A stretch of DNA of 47,205 nt, filler included, from Rhynchobatus australiae (lineage: Eukaryota): assembly GCA_034780895.1 (NCBI GenBank). It is 2 parts of 2 records of this genome, joined end to end, with 100 filler letters (N's around TTAATTAATTAA, not from the genome) between each part and the next. Parts side by side here need not be neighbours in the genome. Positions count along the whole stretch, not along the records: positions 16,571 to 47,205 come from JAUZTB010000087.1; 1 more part is not named here. The stretch is one strand, 5' to 3'. Shown here one piece after another: positions 47,012 through 47,205 of the stretch (the stretch's first letter is position 1; each line of letters opens with the position of its first letter). Position numbers and translations under genes: made by a program. Below the pieces are notes generated by a model. It saw nothing but the letters and a program-made list of their open reading frames with translations. It made no database searches and was not told where the DNA came from.

Positions 47012-47205
47012 CTGTTGTAAGAAAGGATAATAAAAGGATTTCATAAAAAAAAAGAGCACAGCATGGCATATCCTGTTCCTAATCTTTATTTCTTGTCTCC
47101 AAAGTTTCAGTGATTTTGAGCCTATATGGCAAACAATACTTTATCTGTGTACTAGTACTGGACCAACACTGAAGTTGACAGAGCCAGCAACATTTCTGAT
47201 CTAAA

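Overview
Eukaryotic, AT-rich, gap-ridden vertebrate genomic DNA. The repeat landscape (CR1 LINEs, a tRNA-derived V-SINE, Deu-type SINEs, RTE, Penelope-like elements) points to a cartilaginous fish, probably a ray or relative; this is inference. The only host coding sequence I can support is one 160-nt minus-strand exon (46852-47011) matching vertebrate ARHGAP6 exon 2. The rest of the window therefore reads as a large ARHGAP6 intron filled with decayed, often nested retroelements. I find no convincing new gene system. The best leads are: (i) Penelope-derived termini carrying minimal hammerhead-ribozyme cores, including a 143-bp mini-element with an 11-bp target-site duplication (TSD) inserted antiparallel into an older one; (ii) a ~110-bp duplication bracketed by inverted repeats, one a perfect 22-bp hairpin; (iii) a GC-rich 3-kb block between two copies of the same CR1 3' end; (iv) direct repeats flanking several 100-N gaps. 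Repeat family assignments and boundaries were made by eye and are approximate unless exact motifs are quoted.
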